Assembly: GCA_045047305.1 (NCBI GenBank)
Contig: JASFYO010000019.1
Span: 1-64,000 of the forward strand
Direction: 5' to 3'
Origin: Planctomycetota bacterium
GTDB taxonomy: Bacteria; Planctomycetota; UBA1135
DNA: 64,000 nt
Below the pieces are notes generated by a model, which saw nothing but the letters and a program-made list of their open reading frames with translations, ran no database searches and was not told where the DNA came from. A program made the position numbers and the translations under genes. Positions 35,273 to 45,413 of the stretch are shown piece after piece; positions within the stretch are counted from its first letter, which is position 1, and every line of letters begins with the position of its first letter.

Positions 35273-36292
35273 ATGATCATTTTTTCTACGATTGTCCTGG
35301 CATCCCCATTTCTGATTCAGGAGCCAGGTCTTGATATTCCTTTTACCCTAAGTGGAGAAGAAGCCAAAGCGGCTTTTCTGGAATGGACTAGCGGGCTTCC
35401 TTCCGATATGGAGTACCCCGCGCAAATGTCTATTGAGATGAGCATGGGGATGGAGGTGCCAGATGGTTTAGACCACAGCGTTCAAATCGACCTGCGCATG
35501 AACTCTTTGTCCGATAGCCCAGAGTCCTTACGCACATGGGGAGAATTTTCTTTGCAGGGAGATATCGGTGGCAGCTTGGATTGGACATTTGATTTTCAAG
35601 TGGGTACCGATGAAAATGGATTACGTATTTTGATAGATGACCGTGGCTCCCTTATGGATGCTTTCGGTATTCATACGCCCAAGGCGATGCAGTTGTCTGC
35701 CGACCGCTTAGGAAAGGTATCAGAGTTGTATTTGCAGCTTTTTGAATCCATGCCGACTGTTTACGGAGAGGAAATGCTTCAGATGTTTCGCTCCATTGAA
35801 GGCCCGGGAGCCCTCATGCATCCTTCTCTGTGGTCGCGTTATTTGATCCAAACGGAGGGATGGAAGATTGATGGCTGGGGAACGGAAGATGGGCTCGCAC
35901 ACATTCGCCTTGCTTTAGATCCAGCGGCAATGACGAAAGCGATGCAAGCGCAAGGCCTGGAGATGGACTCCTCCATTTTTGAAGGCACCTTCACTGATAT
36001 TGTGGTTTCCTTGGAAGGAGGGGAAATTCTGCTCTGGGAGATGGAAATGGAAATGCCCATAAACCTTGGAGCAGGAGAAAACAGTGGAGAAATGGCTTTA
36101 CGCATGGAGATGAAATCGGTTCCAGTTTCAGTCAACGCTCCGCTCATCCTTTTGCCGTTCGAGGGCACCATGGACCTGAATCCCCATTTCGATACTTACT
36201 TTCCGATGATGGAAAGCATCATGCTGATGGCCGTCGAACAAGCCAAATCGGCGCAAGGCGAAATTGAATCAGAAGACGACTTCGACTTCTAA
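35273..36292 (+). CDS. Exported hypothetical protein, paralogue of the preceding lipoprotein
   Basis: Hydrophobic N-terminus; HPSLWSRYLI vs NPAAWARLYL in the neighbour; acidic-Phe tail. Confidence 0.55.
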   Translation: MIIFSTIVLASPFLIQEPGLDIPFTLSGEEAKAAFLEWTSGLPSDMEYPAQMSIEMSMGMEVPDGLDHSVQIDLRMNSLSDSPESLRTWGEFSLQGDIGGSLDWTFDFQVGTDENGLRILIDDRGSLMDAFGIHTPKAMQLSADRLGKVSELYLQLFESMPTVYGEEMLQMFRSIEGPGALMHPSLWSRYLIQTEGWKIDGWGTEDGLAHIRLALDPAAMTKAMQAQGLEMDSSIFEGTFTDIVVSLEGGEILLWEMEMEMPINLGAGENSGEMALRMEMKSVPVSVNAPLILLPFEGTMDLNPHFDTYFPMMESIMLMAVEQAKSAQGEIESEDDFDF

Positions 36293-37401
36293 GCTTTAGC
36301 GTTTGCGCAAATAGCGGGCTCCACGGCAGCCCACACTTTTTCTGCGACCGCGCGCCAAGTGAATCGGCTGGAGCGTGCACGTCCGAGAGCAGAGAGCTCT
36401 TGGCGTAGCGGCCCATCTTCTACGAGGCGGAAGAGCTGTTTGGCAATCGATTTGTCGTCGGCGGGGTCGCAGTACAAAACAGCATCTCCACAAACCTCTG
36501 GGAGCGAGGTCGTGTTACTGCTGATGACAGGGCACCCAAGCAACATGGCCTCTCCAGGAGGCAGGCCCCAGCCTTCGTAAAAGGATGGATAAATGAAGCC
36601 CAAAGCGTTTTCATAAAGCGCACGTAACTCCTCGTCGGTGACGCGCCCGACATGAAGGGCATTTTCTGGGAGCGAGTCAATGCCGTCTTCCCCCTCGAAA
36701 ACTCGTGGGTTGGTGCCGCCTGCAATGACAAGTGGCACGCGTACGTCGGCAAGCTTCATCGCGCGTAGGATGGCGGCGAAGTTTTTGTTCGGGTTCAAAC
36801 TGCTAACGGCAAGCAAGAAACCGTCGTGCGACAGGTCATGACGTTGCAAAATTCCTTCATCTGGGGCGATGCGTAATACGTGCTCATGACCAGCGCCCGT
36901 GACCGTGATTTGGTCGAGCGGGATTCCAAAATACTTGTGGATCTCTTGCGCTGTACTCTCTGAGAGCGCGAACAAAACTTTGGCATTGTGAGAGGCTCGT
37001 GGAAGGATCCACTGATACACGCGATTGAACATCGCGGTATGTGTTTCTGGACGCGCAATCGGTTGCAAATCTTGAATCTGCACCGACATATTGCGATGCT
37101 TCGCCGGCGCCGTGTTCTTCAGGTTCATCAAGAACCCTTTGGCCGCGAAAGGCAGTACGAACTGTTCCCACAGATGAGAGTTCAGCGGACCTTTCACTTT
37201 CAAAGATAGATGCCGATACTCTGGCAAGTCTTGTGGCTGCTTCGGCGACAGCAACTGAAAGCGAAACTTGCTGCCATCGATGCTGCCATCTTCCACCATG
37301 GCATCGAATTCGCGCAGAACTTCCCGACCCCAGCGCTGCAGACCAGTGAGCGGTTCGGTCAGGAACCGCGCATTGATAAAGACTGGGATTGGATGCGCCA
37401 C
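36289..37401 (-). CDS. Glycosyltransferase family 4
   Basis: INARFL..P.TG.QR, PNKN, YPSFYEGWGLPPGEAM..G.PVI.S...SLPEV; start GTG37401. Confidence 0.9.
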   Translation of the reverse strand: MAHPIPVFINARFLTEPLTGLQRWGREVLREFDAMVEDGSIDGSKFRFQLLSPKQPQDLPEYRHLSLKVKGPLNSHLWEQFVLPFAAKGFLMNLKNTAPAKHRNMSVQIQDLQPIARPETHTAMFNRVYQWILPRASHNAKVLFALSESTAQEIHKYFGIPLDQITVTGAGHEHVLRIAPDEGILQRHDLSHDGFLLAVSSLNPNKNFAAILRAMKLADVRVPLVIAGGTNPRVFEGEDGIDSLPENALHVGRVTDEELRALYENALGFIYPSFYEGWGLPPGEAMLLGCPVISSNTTSLPEVCGDAVLYCDPADDKSIAKQLFRLVEDGPLRQELSALGRARSSRFTWRAVAEKVWAAVEPAICANAKA

Positions 37402-37409
37402 GAAAGAGT

Positions 37410-38144
37410 TTATGCCACGTCTGGCGGCGCTGCAGCAAGAATACGGTCCTGCATTTCGCGTACAGCCTGATCGAGGCCTGAATAAATCGAACGGCAAATG
37501 ATGGAGTAGCCAATGTTCAGCTCCTCGATCCAAGGTAGCTGTGCAATCGGCAACACATTGTCGTAATCCAGCCCATGTCCCGCATTGACGCGCAGTCCAA
37601 GTTCATGCGCATAGTTCGCTGCAGTTTCTAATCGCTTCAACTCGTTTTCTCGGTTCTGACCGCGAGCGTTGGCGTAAGTCCCCGTGTGCAGCTCGACATA
37701 ATCGGCACCGGCACGGGCTGCGCTTTCCAGGGCGTCGGGGTTGGGGTCGATAAACAAGCTGACCTCAATTCCGGCATCGTGCAGCTGCGCCATCTCTTCG
37801 CCGAGGCTTTGTTCATACTGCGCAACATCAAGCCCACCTTCTGTCGTGAGCTCTTCGCGCTGCTCGGGAACCACGCAAATCTGCTGCGGCTTCAGCTCCA
37901 GCGCAAAGTGGAGCATGTCCTCGGTCCAAGCCATTTCCAAATTAAGGAGGGTCTTCACCGTCTCTTTCAGAATACGCACGTCGCGTTCTTGGATATGGCG
38001 GCGGTCCTCGCGCAGATGCACGGTGATACCGTTGGCGCCAGCAAGTTCACAGATGCCGGCGGCAATGACGGGATCCGGTTCTTGAGAGAGACGGGCTTGT
38101 CGCAGAGTGGCGACATGATCGATGTTCACGTGGAGTCGTGGCAT
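37410..38144 (-). CDS. pdxJ: Pyridoxine 5'-phosphate synthase
   Basis: [43 protein letters not shown]. Confidence 0.97.
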   Translation of the reverse strand: MPRLHVNIDHVATLRQARLSQEPDPVIAAGICELAGANGITVHLREDRRHIQERDVRILKETVKTLLNLEMAWTEDMLHFALELKPQQICVVPEQREELTTEGGLDVAQYEQSLGEEMAQLHDAGIEVSLFIDPNPDALESAARAGADYVELHTGTYANARGQNRENELKRLETAANYAHELGLRVNAGHGLDYDNVLPIAQLPWIEELNIGYSIICRSIYSGLDQAVREMQDRILAAAPPDVA

Positions 38145-38152
38145 GGCGCGCG

Positions 38153-38159
38153 TATTCTA
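38153..38159. promoter_or_regulatory. Overlapping bidirectional -10 elements for pdxJ and rsmD
   Basis: TATTCT (+, 38153-38158) and TAGAAT (-, 38159-38154), each 9 nt from its ATG. Confidence 0.6.
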
Positions 38160-38167
38160 GCCCTTCC

Positions 38168-38743
38168 ATGCTGCGTATCACTGCCGGAGAGTTTCGCGGC
38201 CGTCGGCTTAAGGTGCCGAAGGTCGAAGCGACCCGCCCCCTCGTCGAGCGGGCGCGGGAGGGACTGTTCAATCACTTGCAGGAGCTGGTGGACGATGCCG
38301 TGGTCTGGGACATCTACGCGGGAAGCGGGATTTTGGGCTTAGAGGCACTTTCGCGTGGAGCCGGAACCGTCTTAGCGGTGGAGTACAGCCGTGATGCCAT
38401 CCTCCAAATCGAAGAAAACGCAGCCTTGCTTGGAGTTAAGGATCGTCATCGTTGCCTGCGGGGGGATGTCTATCGCCTTCCCGGCATGAAAGGCCTGGGC
38501 CCAGCCCCAGATTTGGTGTTTTTTGACCCTCCTTATGACGATTTCCGCAAAGGGGGCACGCGGCGCACCAAAGTGTGGCAGTTATTTCTCGACTTAGCTG
38601 CGATGACCGCGCCTGGTGGTTGCGTCGTCGCGCACACACCACGCGGTATCCTGGTAGAACGTGAGTTGGGGTCGCTTCCAGGTTTGGAGCGCCGCGACTA
38701 CAGCAACACTTCTCTCTACTGGTGGCATAAGCCCCAAGCATGA
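38168..38743 (+). CDS. rsmD: 16S rRNA m2G966 methyltransferase RsmD family
   Basis: MLRITAGEFRGRRL, TRP, REGLFN, DIYAGSG.LGLEALSRGA, DPPY. Confidence 0.9.
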   Translation: MLRITAGEFRGRRLKVPKVEATRPLVERAREGLFNHLQELVDDAVVWDIYAGSGILGLEALSRGAGTVLAVEYSRDAILQIEENAALLGVKDRHRCLRGDVYRLPGMKGLGPAPDLVFFDPPYDDFRKGGTRRTKVWQLFLDLAAMTAPGGCVVAHTPRGILVERELGSLPGLERRDYSNTSLYWWHKPQA

Positions 38744-39888
38744 AGCGCGGCATACAGGCACAACTTTGGAACGGACGCAGCTTTGCGCCGGGTTGGCTGA
38801 CGTGGAAGTCTGGCTGCTTTGAGGAAGTTTCCTTTCAAGCGCCGTCATCGAAGCAGAAAGCGCTTCTTCACGACCTTGGCCAAAGCTGCGTCCTACCCGG
38901 ATTTGTTGACACTCTCTTGCACGGTTATGCCGGAGTGGATTGTGGCGACGGATCCGTCAAAGACTTACAACGTATGTCCCGCGCTTTGGCCGCTACCGGC
39001 GTGACTTCAGCGTTGGCTGGGTTCTATCCCATCGACTCCTCAAAGCTTCGTAGCGCCGCAAAACGCTGGGGCAAGTGGAGGCAAGATCGCGGTACCGCGC
39101 GTACTCGCTTCACTGGCTGGCATCTCGAGGGTCCTTTTCTCTCGCCAAAATTGCGTGGCGCCTTGCCGCGCAAGGACTTGCTGAAGCCAAGCGTTGCTCA
39201 TGCACAAAAGTTAATTCAGGCTTGCGGCGGATGGCTGCGCGTTTGCACCTTGGCCCCCGAGATGAAGAGCATTCACGAGGCGGTGGGGGTGTTTCACGCA
39301 GCCAGGGTGCTGCCTTCGATTGGGCACACGGCGGCAACTTATGCCGATTGCGAGGCCCTCGCTTCCACGGGTGATTGCGCCATCACCCACATGGGGAACC
39401 GACTTCCGCCCTTGTCGGCGCGCGAGCCAGGGCCGATCGGTTTTGCCATGGCGGGCAAGGCTTCTTGGGTTGGCGTGATACCAGATTTGGAGCACGTCGC
39501 GGGAGAGACTTTGCGTTTGTGGGCAAAAACTGCGGCCATGAAAAACACGCTGATGGCAACCTCGGACAATCTGTCCTTTGCAGGATTACCCGCCGAAAGT
39601 TTTAGTGCGGGCGGAAAAAAACTTCATCGGCGCGGGGCTGTAGCTGTCGATGCAAAGGATCATCTCGCAGGCACCTTGGATGCTTTGCCCGAACAACTAT
39701 TGCATGCGCACCGTTGTGGTTTTCTCAGTTTGCCCGACGTCGTCCGTATCGGATGCCGGAATCCGGGCAGCCTCATCGGCGATTGTGGCAATCTTGCGGT
39801 TGGGGAGAGGGCTGATTTTGTCATCTTGGAAGATGACCAAACGATTGGCCCTGTGTGGATTGGTGGGCGCCGAGTGGTGGGGGCTTGA
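38740..39888 (+). CDS. nagA: N-acetylglucosamine-6-phosphate deacetylase-like amidohydrolase
   Basis: PGFVD...HG, HLEGPF, TLAPE, GHT, TH..N, D..HV, NP, G.L..G.RADFV. Confidence 0.75.
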   Translation: MKRGIQAQLWNGRSFAPGWLTWKSGCFEEVSFQAPSSKQKALLHDLGQSCVLPGFVDTLLHGYAGVDCGDGSVKDLQRMSRALAATGVTSALAGFYPIDSSKLRSAAKRWGKWRQDRGTARTRFTGWHLEGPFLSPKLRGALPRKDLLKPSVAHAQKLIQACGGWLRVCTLAPEMKSIHEAVGVFHAARVLPSIGHTAATYADCEALASTGDCAITHMGNRLPPLSAREPGPIGFAMAGKASWVGVIPDLEHVAGETLRLWAKTAAMKNTLMATSDNLSFAGLPAESFSAGGKKLHRRGAVAVDAKDHLAGTLDALPEQLLHAHRCGFLSLPDVVRIGCRNPGSLIGDCGNLAVGERADFVILEDDQTIGPVWIGGRRVVGA

Positions 39889-40364
39889 TGGCCAAGGAGC
39901 ATCCACTTGACCGCGAGCGAGGCAACATTGCAGCGCTGTTGCGTGATTGGCCCCCGGGCCAGATCGAGAGTGTGATTACACAGCAGCTCTATCTTTGGGG
40001 TGCTGAAAATCTTTCCGACAAGCTTCAATGGTGTTGGAATCCAAGGCTGCGCACCACCATTGGACGCGCCTTTTTAGAGGAAGGGAAGCTGGAGTTGAAT
40101 CCACTGCTCTTAGGTCGCCACCCCGAAGAAATGCGCGGAGTGGTGATCCATGAGTTAGCTCATTTAGTGGTGACGGCGCGTTATGGATTGCGCGTAGCCC
40201 CACATGGAGCGGAGTGGAAAAACCTCATGCGCTTGGCAGGAGAATCGACTAGTGCGACACATAGTTTGAATGTGGAAGGCTTACGCGCCCCTCGCCGGCG
40301 TAGAGCTAGAAGGCGGACCGTTCGGATTGCCGGGATTTCTTGGCTTCGGCCGCGAAAAAAATGA
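39888..40364 (+). CDS. SprT-like zinc metalloprotease
   Basis: WNPRLRTTIGRA, HELAH, PHGAEWK. Confidence 0.85.
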   Translation: MAKEHPLDRERGNIAALLRDWPPGQIESVITQQLYLWGAENLSDKLQWCWNPRLRTTIGRAFLEEGKLELNPLLLGRHPEEMRGVVIHELAHLVVTARYGLRVAPHGAEWKNLMRLAGESTSATHSLNVEGLRAPRRRRARRRTVRIAGISWLRPRKK

Positions 40365-40411
40365 AGGGGAGCCGGAGAGCGCGGCAACAGATGGGCATGG
40401 GAGAGAAGTCC

Positions 40412-43303
40412 ATGTCTATCGAACTTGAGGAAGTGTCTGGCCAGCTGGATTGGCTACAAGCTTTGGCAGTCTCGATAGTGGCGGATCAGCAGGCCGCGGA
40501 AGACTTGGTTCAGCATGCTTTACAGGCGGCGACTTCCAAAATGGATTGGCAGCCAGGACGGCTGAAGCCATGGTTGGTGGGAACGGTTCGCAATATGGCG
40601 CGTCAATATTTCCGCACCGAATCGCGCCGCCGGCAGCGGGAGCAGCGAGTGGTTGCGGCGGCCGAAGATCGGGCAAGGGTTGTGCGCGGCGGGTCGTCGA
40701 CAGCGCTCCCGGAAGAGTTGGCCGAGCAGGTGGAGAGCCAGAAGTTACTTTCTTCTGCGGTTTTAGATTTGCAGGAGCCTTATCGAGAAACCATTTTACT
40801 CTTTTACTATGGCAACCAAACGCAACAGCAAATTGCTGATGCACAAAATGTCAGTGTGCGTACGGTAGAAACTCGTTTGCGGCGTGCGCGGAAAAGCATA
40901 CGCGGTCGTTTGGTGAGCCAATATGGAAAGGAGAGTTGGGCTTTCGCACTACTCCCGCTGCTGAAGCGCCTTCCGCCTCCGCAAATGCTACCTCCAATTT
41001 CTGTGGCAGGACCAGGAAGCTTGGGTGGAGGGTGGTGGGCTATAGCGGGCCTCACTTTGGCGGTTGGGGGATGGAGTTGGCTTGCCCAAGGTGCAGAGCC
41101 GTTGTCGCATCAACCACTTGTGAATCTCACCGAGTCCGCCCCGGCCCACGAGATAGGGGCCAAATCGGACGTTTCGCGTAGCCTGCTTGTGGCGGAGAAC
41201 GATGAAGGCGAAACCGCTGGCAAGGCGGACCTTTTGGATTCCCAAGAGTTTGTTTTCGAAGAAAGGGGAACGGGCGTTGGTCTAGGCGGGCTTCGCTTAC
41301 GTTTACTGTTCCTGCGCCCGGCGAATAGCGAACAGAGACTGCATGTGGAAGATCCGCAATTCTTTCAGCCGAAGGACCGGATTTGGTGGAAGCTTGGCGA
41401 GGCGGTGCAAGTGAGCGATGCCGATGGCCGAGTGCGCTTTGAACTACCCGCCGCAGCAACCCACCTGATGCTAGATCTGAATGTCCATAGTCCAACTCAC
41501 AGCCTTGCTGGCTACAGTCAGCAATTCAAAGCTTTCCCCCACGTCAAGATTGCTGGCTATCCACTGCCATTGGAAATGGTGCGCCGCACGGGTGTGGCTA
41601 GTGGGTATGTTTTGGATCAAGGAGACAACCCCCTGGCCGATGTCCTGGTCGATGTTTTTTTTGATGCGCCACAGAAGTTGAGTGCGAACCCCGTAATAAC
41701 TATCCCTACCGAGGCGGACGGAAGTTTTCGTATTCCCAATATCGCATGTGATCAGGGTGGCTTTCGATTACGGCCACGCGGGATCGGTTATGCATCTTTG
41801 CGCTCCTTGCGCATGCAAAGATACGCTGGATTTGGGGTGGATTACCCTGGAATCAGTTTGCTGTTAGTTGATGGCAGCCAAAGCACACAAGTGGAAGTGA
41901 AGAATGAAGAAGGTCTTCCTTTACCTGGAGTGAGGGTGGAGGCCACGATGCCAAAACTTAGGGAGGCGGATTTAAGTTTTGAATTTGGCACCTATTTGAA
42001 TGGTTGGTCGGCCTCGGGTGTTACCAACGAAAATGGTATAGCGTTGCTTCAGGGAATCCCCACGGGTGAGATTCTGTGGTCCGCGCATCACCCGAACTAC
42101 CTCCCCACATCCCAGTTGGAATCGATGGCACATGCGAGCCTTGGCTTAACTCTGCATCCAGGGCACACGGAACATTTTGAGGTGCGCAATGCTTTGGGCC
42201 CGGTGCAAGGCGCGGTGATTGGTATGTACTCCAAATCAACGCGTCGTACTGCAGTGACCGATGCGGAAGGTAAGGCCACATTGCTTGGGCTTCCGACCGA
42301 TGAGCTCATGCATTCGACGGTATCCCACCCAGACTTTGCGCTGTGGCAACAATCCAGCACCGCATTTCTGGCTGGGGAGCACGTCACCACCGTATCGATG
42401 CAAGCCGGGCACTCCATTTCTGGAAAAGTGGAATGGAATGCGCAGGCTCCGGGACTTCAAGGAGAACGCCCGCGCGTGTTCATTCGCCCGCTATCCGCAA
42501 GCCCACTCATCGCTTTTCCCGTGTCTGCAAACCAACGACCCGATAGCGGATGGTGGCAAGTGGTGGGGCTCGATGAAACGACGGTGGATGAAGACGGAAG
42601 CTTCTCTTTTGTCGGCCTCCCTGACACGGAAGTGGAATTGTGGTTCGGCCTACGTCGGCGCCCTCTGGGATTCGCTCAAGCGCACAGTGGCGATTCCGAT
42701 GTCCTGCTTTCTTTTGCAAGCGGCATGGCGGATAAGGCCAGCATCGATGTACATGTCTTCGATGAACTGAGCGGGCGACCAGTTACCACTCACTACCTGT
42801 TCTGGACTAACCTCGATGGTGATCAGCCCATCACTTTGCCCGCTGTAATCGTGAATGATGCCGACGGCCGCTACCGTCATTTCGGGCTGGAACCGGGTCT
42901 TTGGACCCTCACCGCCTGGGCGCCGCAAGGGTTTACCACTCGGCGCTTGAACCCACGACGCATTGGCCCCGGCCCTCAAGCCATAGAGATCCCACTTGCC
43001 GCAGCTCGGAGTTTGCGTTTGCGCTTCGTCGATTCCTTCGGCTGGCCACTTGAAGGTGTGGAAGTCTCAGCGCTTGCGCAGGATGGAGGGGTGCTATTAC
43101 AAGGCGGATTGCTTGGCGGCGGCTTTCGAACCTGGTCCAGCACCAATGCCCAAGGCCAAGTGGCGATGAGTCATATTCCCAAGACGCAGCCCTATGACTT
43201 GAGTTGCAAGTATCAAGGCCGGAATTACCGTTTCGCTATGCCCGGAGCCCAGGTGGAGGGGGCTTTGCACGAGTTGATTTTGCCCATTTCCAAAGACGAC
43301 TGA
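40412..43303 (+). CDS. ECF sigma factor fused via a TM helix to carboxypeptidase-regulatory-like (Ig-like) repeats
   Basis: AEDLVQ, WLVGTVRN, L.EPYRETILL.Y......QIA......TVETRLRRAR; TM segment; repeated G.V.D..G.PL..V.V and TDADG motifs; start could be 40361. Confidence 0.85.
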   Translation: MSIELEEVSGQLDWLQALAVSIVADQQAAEDLVQHALQAATSKMDWQPGRLKPWLVGTVRNMARQYFRTESRRRQREQRVVAAAEDRARVVRGGSSTALPEELAEQVESQKLLSSAVLDLQEPYRETILLFYYGNQTQQQIADAQNVSVRTVETRLRRARKSIRGRLVSQYGKESWAFALLPLLKRLPPPQMLPPISVAGPGSLGGGWWAIAGLTLAVGGWSWLAQGAEPLSHQPLVNLTESAPAHEIGAKSDVSRSLLVAENDEGETAGKADLLDSQEFVFEERGTGVGLGGLRLRLLFLRPANSEQRLHVEDPQFFQPKDRIWWKLGEAVQVSDADGRVRFELPAAATHLMLDLNVHSPTHSLAGYSQQFKAFPHVKIAGYPLPLEMVRRTGVASGYVLDQGDNPLADVLVDVFFDAPQKLSANPVITIPTEADGSFRIPNIACDQGGFRLRPRGIGYASLRSLRMQRYAGFGVDYPGISLLLVDGSQSTQVEVKNEEGLPLPGVRVEATMPKLREADLSFEFGTYLNGWSASGVTNENGIALLQGIPTGEILWSAHHPNYLPTSQLESMAHASLGLTLHPGHTEHFEVRNALGPVQGAVIGMYSKSTRRTAVTDAEGKATLLGLPTDELMHSTVSHPDFALWQQSSTAFLAGEHVTTVSMQAGHSISGKVEWNAQAPGLQGERPRVFIRPLSASPLIAFPVSANQRPDSGWWQVVGLDETTVDEDGSFSFVGLPDTEVELWFGLRRRPLGFAQAHSGDSDVLLSFASGMADKASIDVHVFDELSGRPVTTHYLFWTNLDGDQPITLPAVIVNDADGRYRHFGLEPGLWTLTAWAPQGFTTRRLNPRRIGPGPQAIEIPLAAARSLRLRFVDSFGWPLEGVEVSALAQDGGVLLQGGLLGGGFRTWSSTNAQGQVAMSHIPKTQPYDLSCKYQGRNYRFAMPGAQVEGALHELILPISKDD

Positions 43304-43356
43304 ATCGCAACCATCTAAGAGCGCAGGATTTCCATTGGGTGGTAAGATACGGGGCT

Positions 43357-44340
43357 ATGGTAGTCAACCATTCGCCCTTGGAACCGCTCTTTTTCCACCG
43401 CATCTTGAAAGAAAAGGTGTGGGGAGGGAATAGCTTGTCCAAAACCCTCGGCTTAGACCTTCCCTTTGAAGGTCCACTGGGCGAGACCTGGGAGTTAAGC
43501 GACTATCCTGGTGAAGAAACGACGGTGCGCGGCGGAGCTCAAGATGGCATTAGTCTGCGCGCCCTGATGGAGCAAGATGCAGCGGCCTTGCTCGGTCGGT
43601 CTCGCCCTTCGGCAGATGGCCGCTTTCCTTTGTTGGTGAAATTTATCGACGCCGGCGACGACCTCAGCGTACAAATCCACCCTGCCGACGGGCCGCAGTC
43701 TCCAACTGGAGTCGGCAAGACCGAAGCTTGGTACATCTTGGATCAGGAGCCGGGATCGGGAGTGATTTGTGGGCTAAAGCCTGGCACCCCAAGGGAAATT
43801 TTTGAGGCTGAAGCCGGCGATAAACGGGTACGTGATCACCTGGCCGAAATCGAGGTCAAGCGTGGCGATTGCGTTTTCGTGCCTTCTGGTCAAACCCATG
43901 CGATTCGCGCTGGCGTGGTTTTATGCGAAGTCCAGCAAACCTCAGATGTTACCTATCGCATGTACGATTGGGATCGGCTTGGCTTGGATGGTCAACCGCG
44001 TGACATTCATTTGCAGCAAGCTTTAGAAGTCGTGGATTACGATTTAGGTCCTGCAATACCAACGCACGCCGAGTTTGAAGACCAATCCGGTTTGCAAAAG
44101 CAGGATTTGGCAAGCTGCGATTATTTTAAGTTGAGCGCCTTGCAGGTAGGCGCTGAAGGTGGAGTGTTGGAAACCAACGGTTTCGCACATACCTTGGCCG
44201 TGGTTGGTGGAAGCGGGAGCTTGGATTCCCGCACTCTGAATTACGGGGATACCGTTTTGGTACCCGGTAGTTTGGGGCAAGTTCGTTTAGTTGGGAGCGG
44301 TGCCGCTCCTCTTGAGATTTTGATGGGAGTAGCGCTGTAA
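43357..44340 (+). CDS. manA: Type I phosphomannose isomerase (cupin)
   Basis: KVWGG, GETWELS, FPLLVKFIDA..DLSVQIHP, GKTEAWYI, HAI, EVQQTSD.TYR.YD. Confidence 0.85.
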   Translation: MVVNHSPLEPLFFHRILKEKVWGGNSLSKTLGLDLPFEGPLGETWELSDYPGEETTVRGGAQDGISLRALMEQDAAALLGRSRPSADGRFPLLVKFIDAGDDLSVQIHPADGPQSPTGVGKTEAWYILDQEPGSGVICGLKPGTPREIFEAEAGDKRVRDHLAEIEVKRGDCVFVPSGQTHAIRAGVVLCEVQQTSDVTYRMYDWDRLGLDGQPRDIHLQQALEVVDYDLGPAIPTHAEFEDQSGLQKQDLASCDYFKLSALQVGAEGGVLETNGFAHTLAVVGGSGSLDSRTLNYGDTVLVPGSLGQVRLVGSGAAPLEILMGVAL

Positions 44341-45413
44341 TGGCACGTCGGAAAGCTAGAAAGAAAAAGAACATCGCAGGTAGCGGCCGGGGAAAACCAA
44401 AAATTTCCAAGCGCGCAAAACGTGTCGCGCATGGATTTGTTGCAGCAAGCAAATCGGCGGACACTTCGGTGGCGTCGGAACGCGGCGGCATTGATGAGGT
44501 CTCGGAAAAGGGCGTGCGCCTCAATCGATGGCTGGCGGAGCAAGGCGTGGATTCTCGTCGCAAATGCGATGAAAAGATTTTCGCCGGCGAAGTGATGGTG
44601 AATGGGAGTATCGTCGATGCCCCTGGTTACCGTGTGCAGCCAGAAGATGAGGTCTCGGTGAATGGCGCGCGAATTAAAATCAGCCGTCGCCTTTACTACC
44701 TCTTTTACAAGCCGCGTGGTGTCTTGTGCACCAATGATCCGCGTGAGACTCGTACCCGTTTGTGCGACTTAGTCGATTCCATGGTTCCAAGCCGTGTGTA
44801 TCCAATTGGGCGATTAGACGAAGATTCCGAAGGTTTAATCCTGTTGACCAACGATGGCGATTTTTCCAACCTGATTGCGCACCCGAGTTTTGGTGTGCAA
44901 AAAACATATGTCTGTCAAGTTAACTCAGCAGTTGCAGGCGAGGATTTGGAGCGGCTCAAGGGTGGCGCTTGGGTGGATGGCGTCAAGGTGATTCCTAAAA
45001 GCGTGAAGATTATCCGCAAGCTGCCGAAGAGCACCATGATGGAGATTAGTATTCGCGAAGGTCGCAACCGCGAGATTCGCCGCTTGTTGGCGCGATTTGG
45101 GTTTGGTGTTCAGCGTTTGAAACGAGTGCGTATCGGATCGTTGAGTGTCAAAGGAGTGAAGAAAGGAATGTTGCGCCCACTGTCACGCATCGAGCGCGAT
45201 GCTTTGGTGGAGGACGCTCGTCGTGAAAATGAAGACGACACCTTGCTTCCAGATCCTAAGTACGCACCAAAGCGTCCGAACAAAGCACCGAAGATGGCGC
45301 AACATGGCGGGCCAGAGCGTTTCAGCAAAAATGTGAAAGGTAGCTTTAAGCGGATGCCAAAGAGGTCATCGAAGAAAGATGGACCAAAGAAGGGAGGGGC
45401 TCCTTTTGCTTAA
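44340..45413 (+). CDS. rRNA pseudouridine synthase (RluB/RsuA family, S4 domain)
   Basis: RLNRWLA..G..SRR, KPRG, GRLDEDSEGLILLTNDG, EGRNREIRR. Confidence 0.9.
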   Translation: MARRKARKKKNIAGSGRGKPKISKRAKRVAHGFVAASKSADTSVASERGGIDEVSEKGVRLNRWLAEQGVDSRRKCDEKIFAGEVMVNGSIVDAPGYRVQPEDEVSVNGARIKISRRLYYLFYKPRGVLCTNDPRETRTRLCDLVDSMVPSRVYPIGRLDEDSEGLILLTNDGDFSNLIAHPSFGVQKTYVCQVNSAVAGEDLERLKGGAWVDGVKVIPKSVKIIRKLPKSTMMEISIREGRNREIRRLLARFGFGVQRLKRVRIGSLSVKGVKKGMLRPLSRIERDALVEDARRENEDDTLLPDPKYAPKRPNKAPKMAQHGGPERFSKNVKGSFKRMPKRSSKKDGPKKGGAPFA

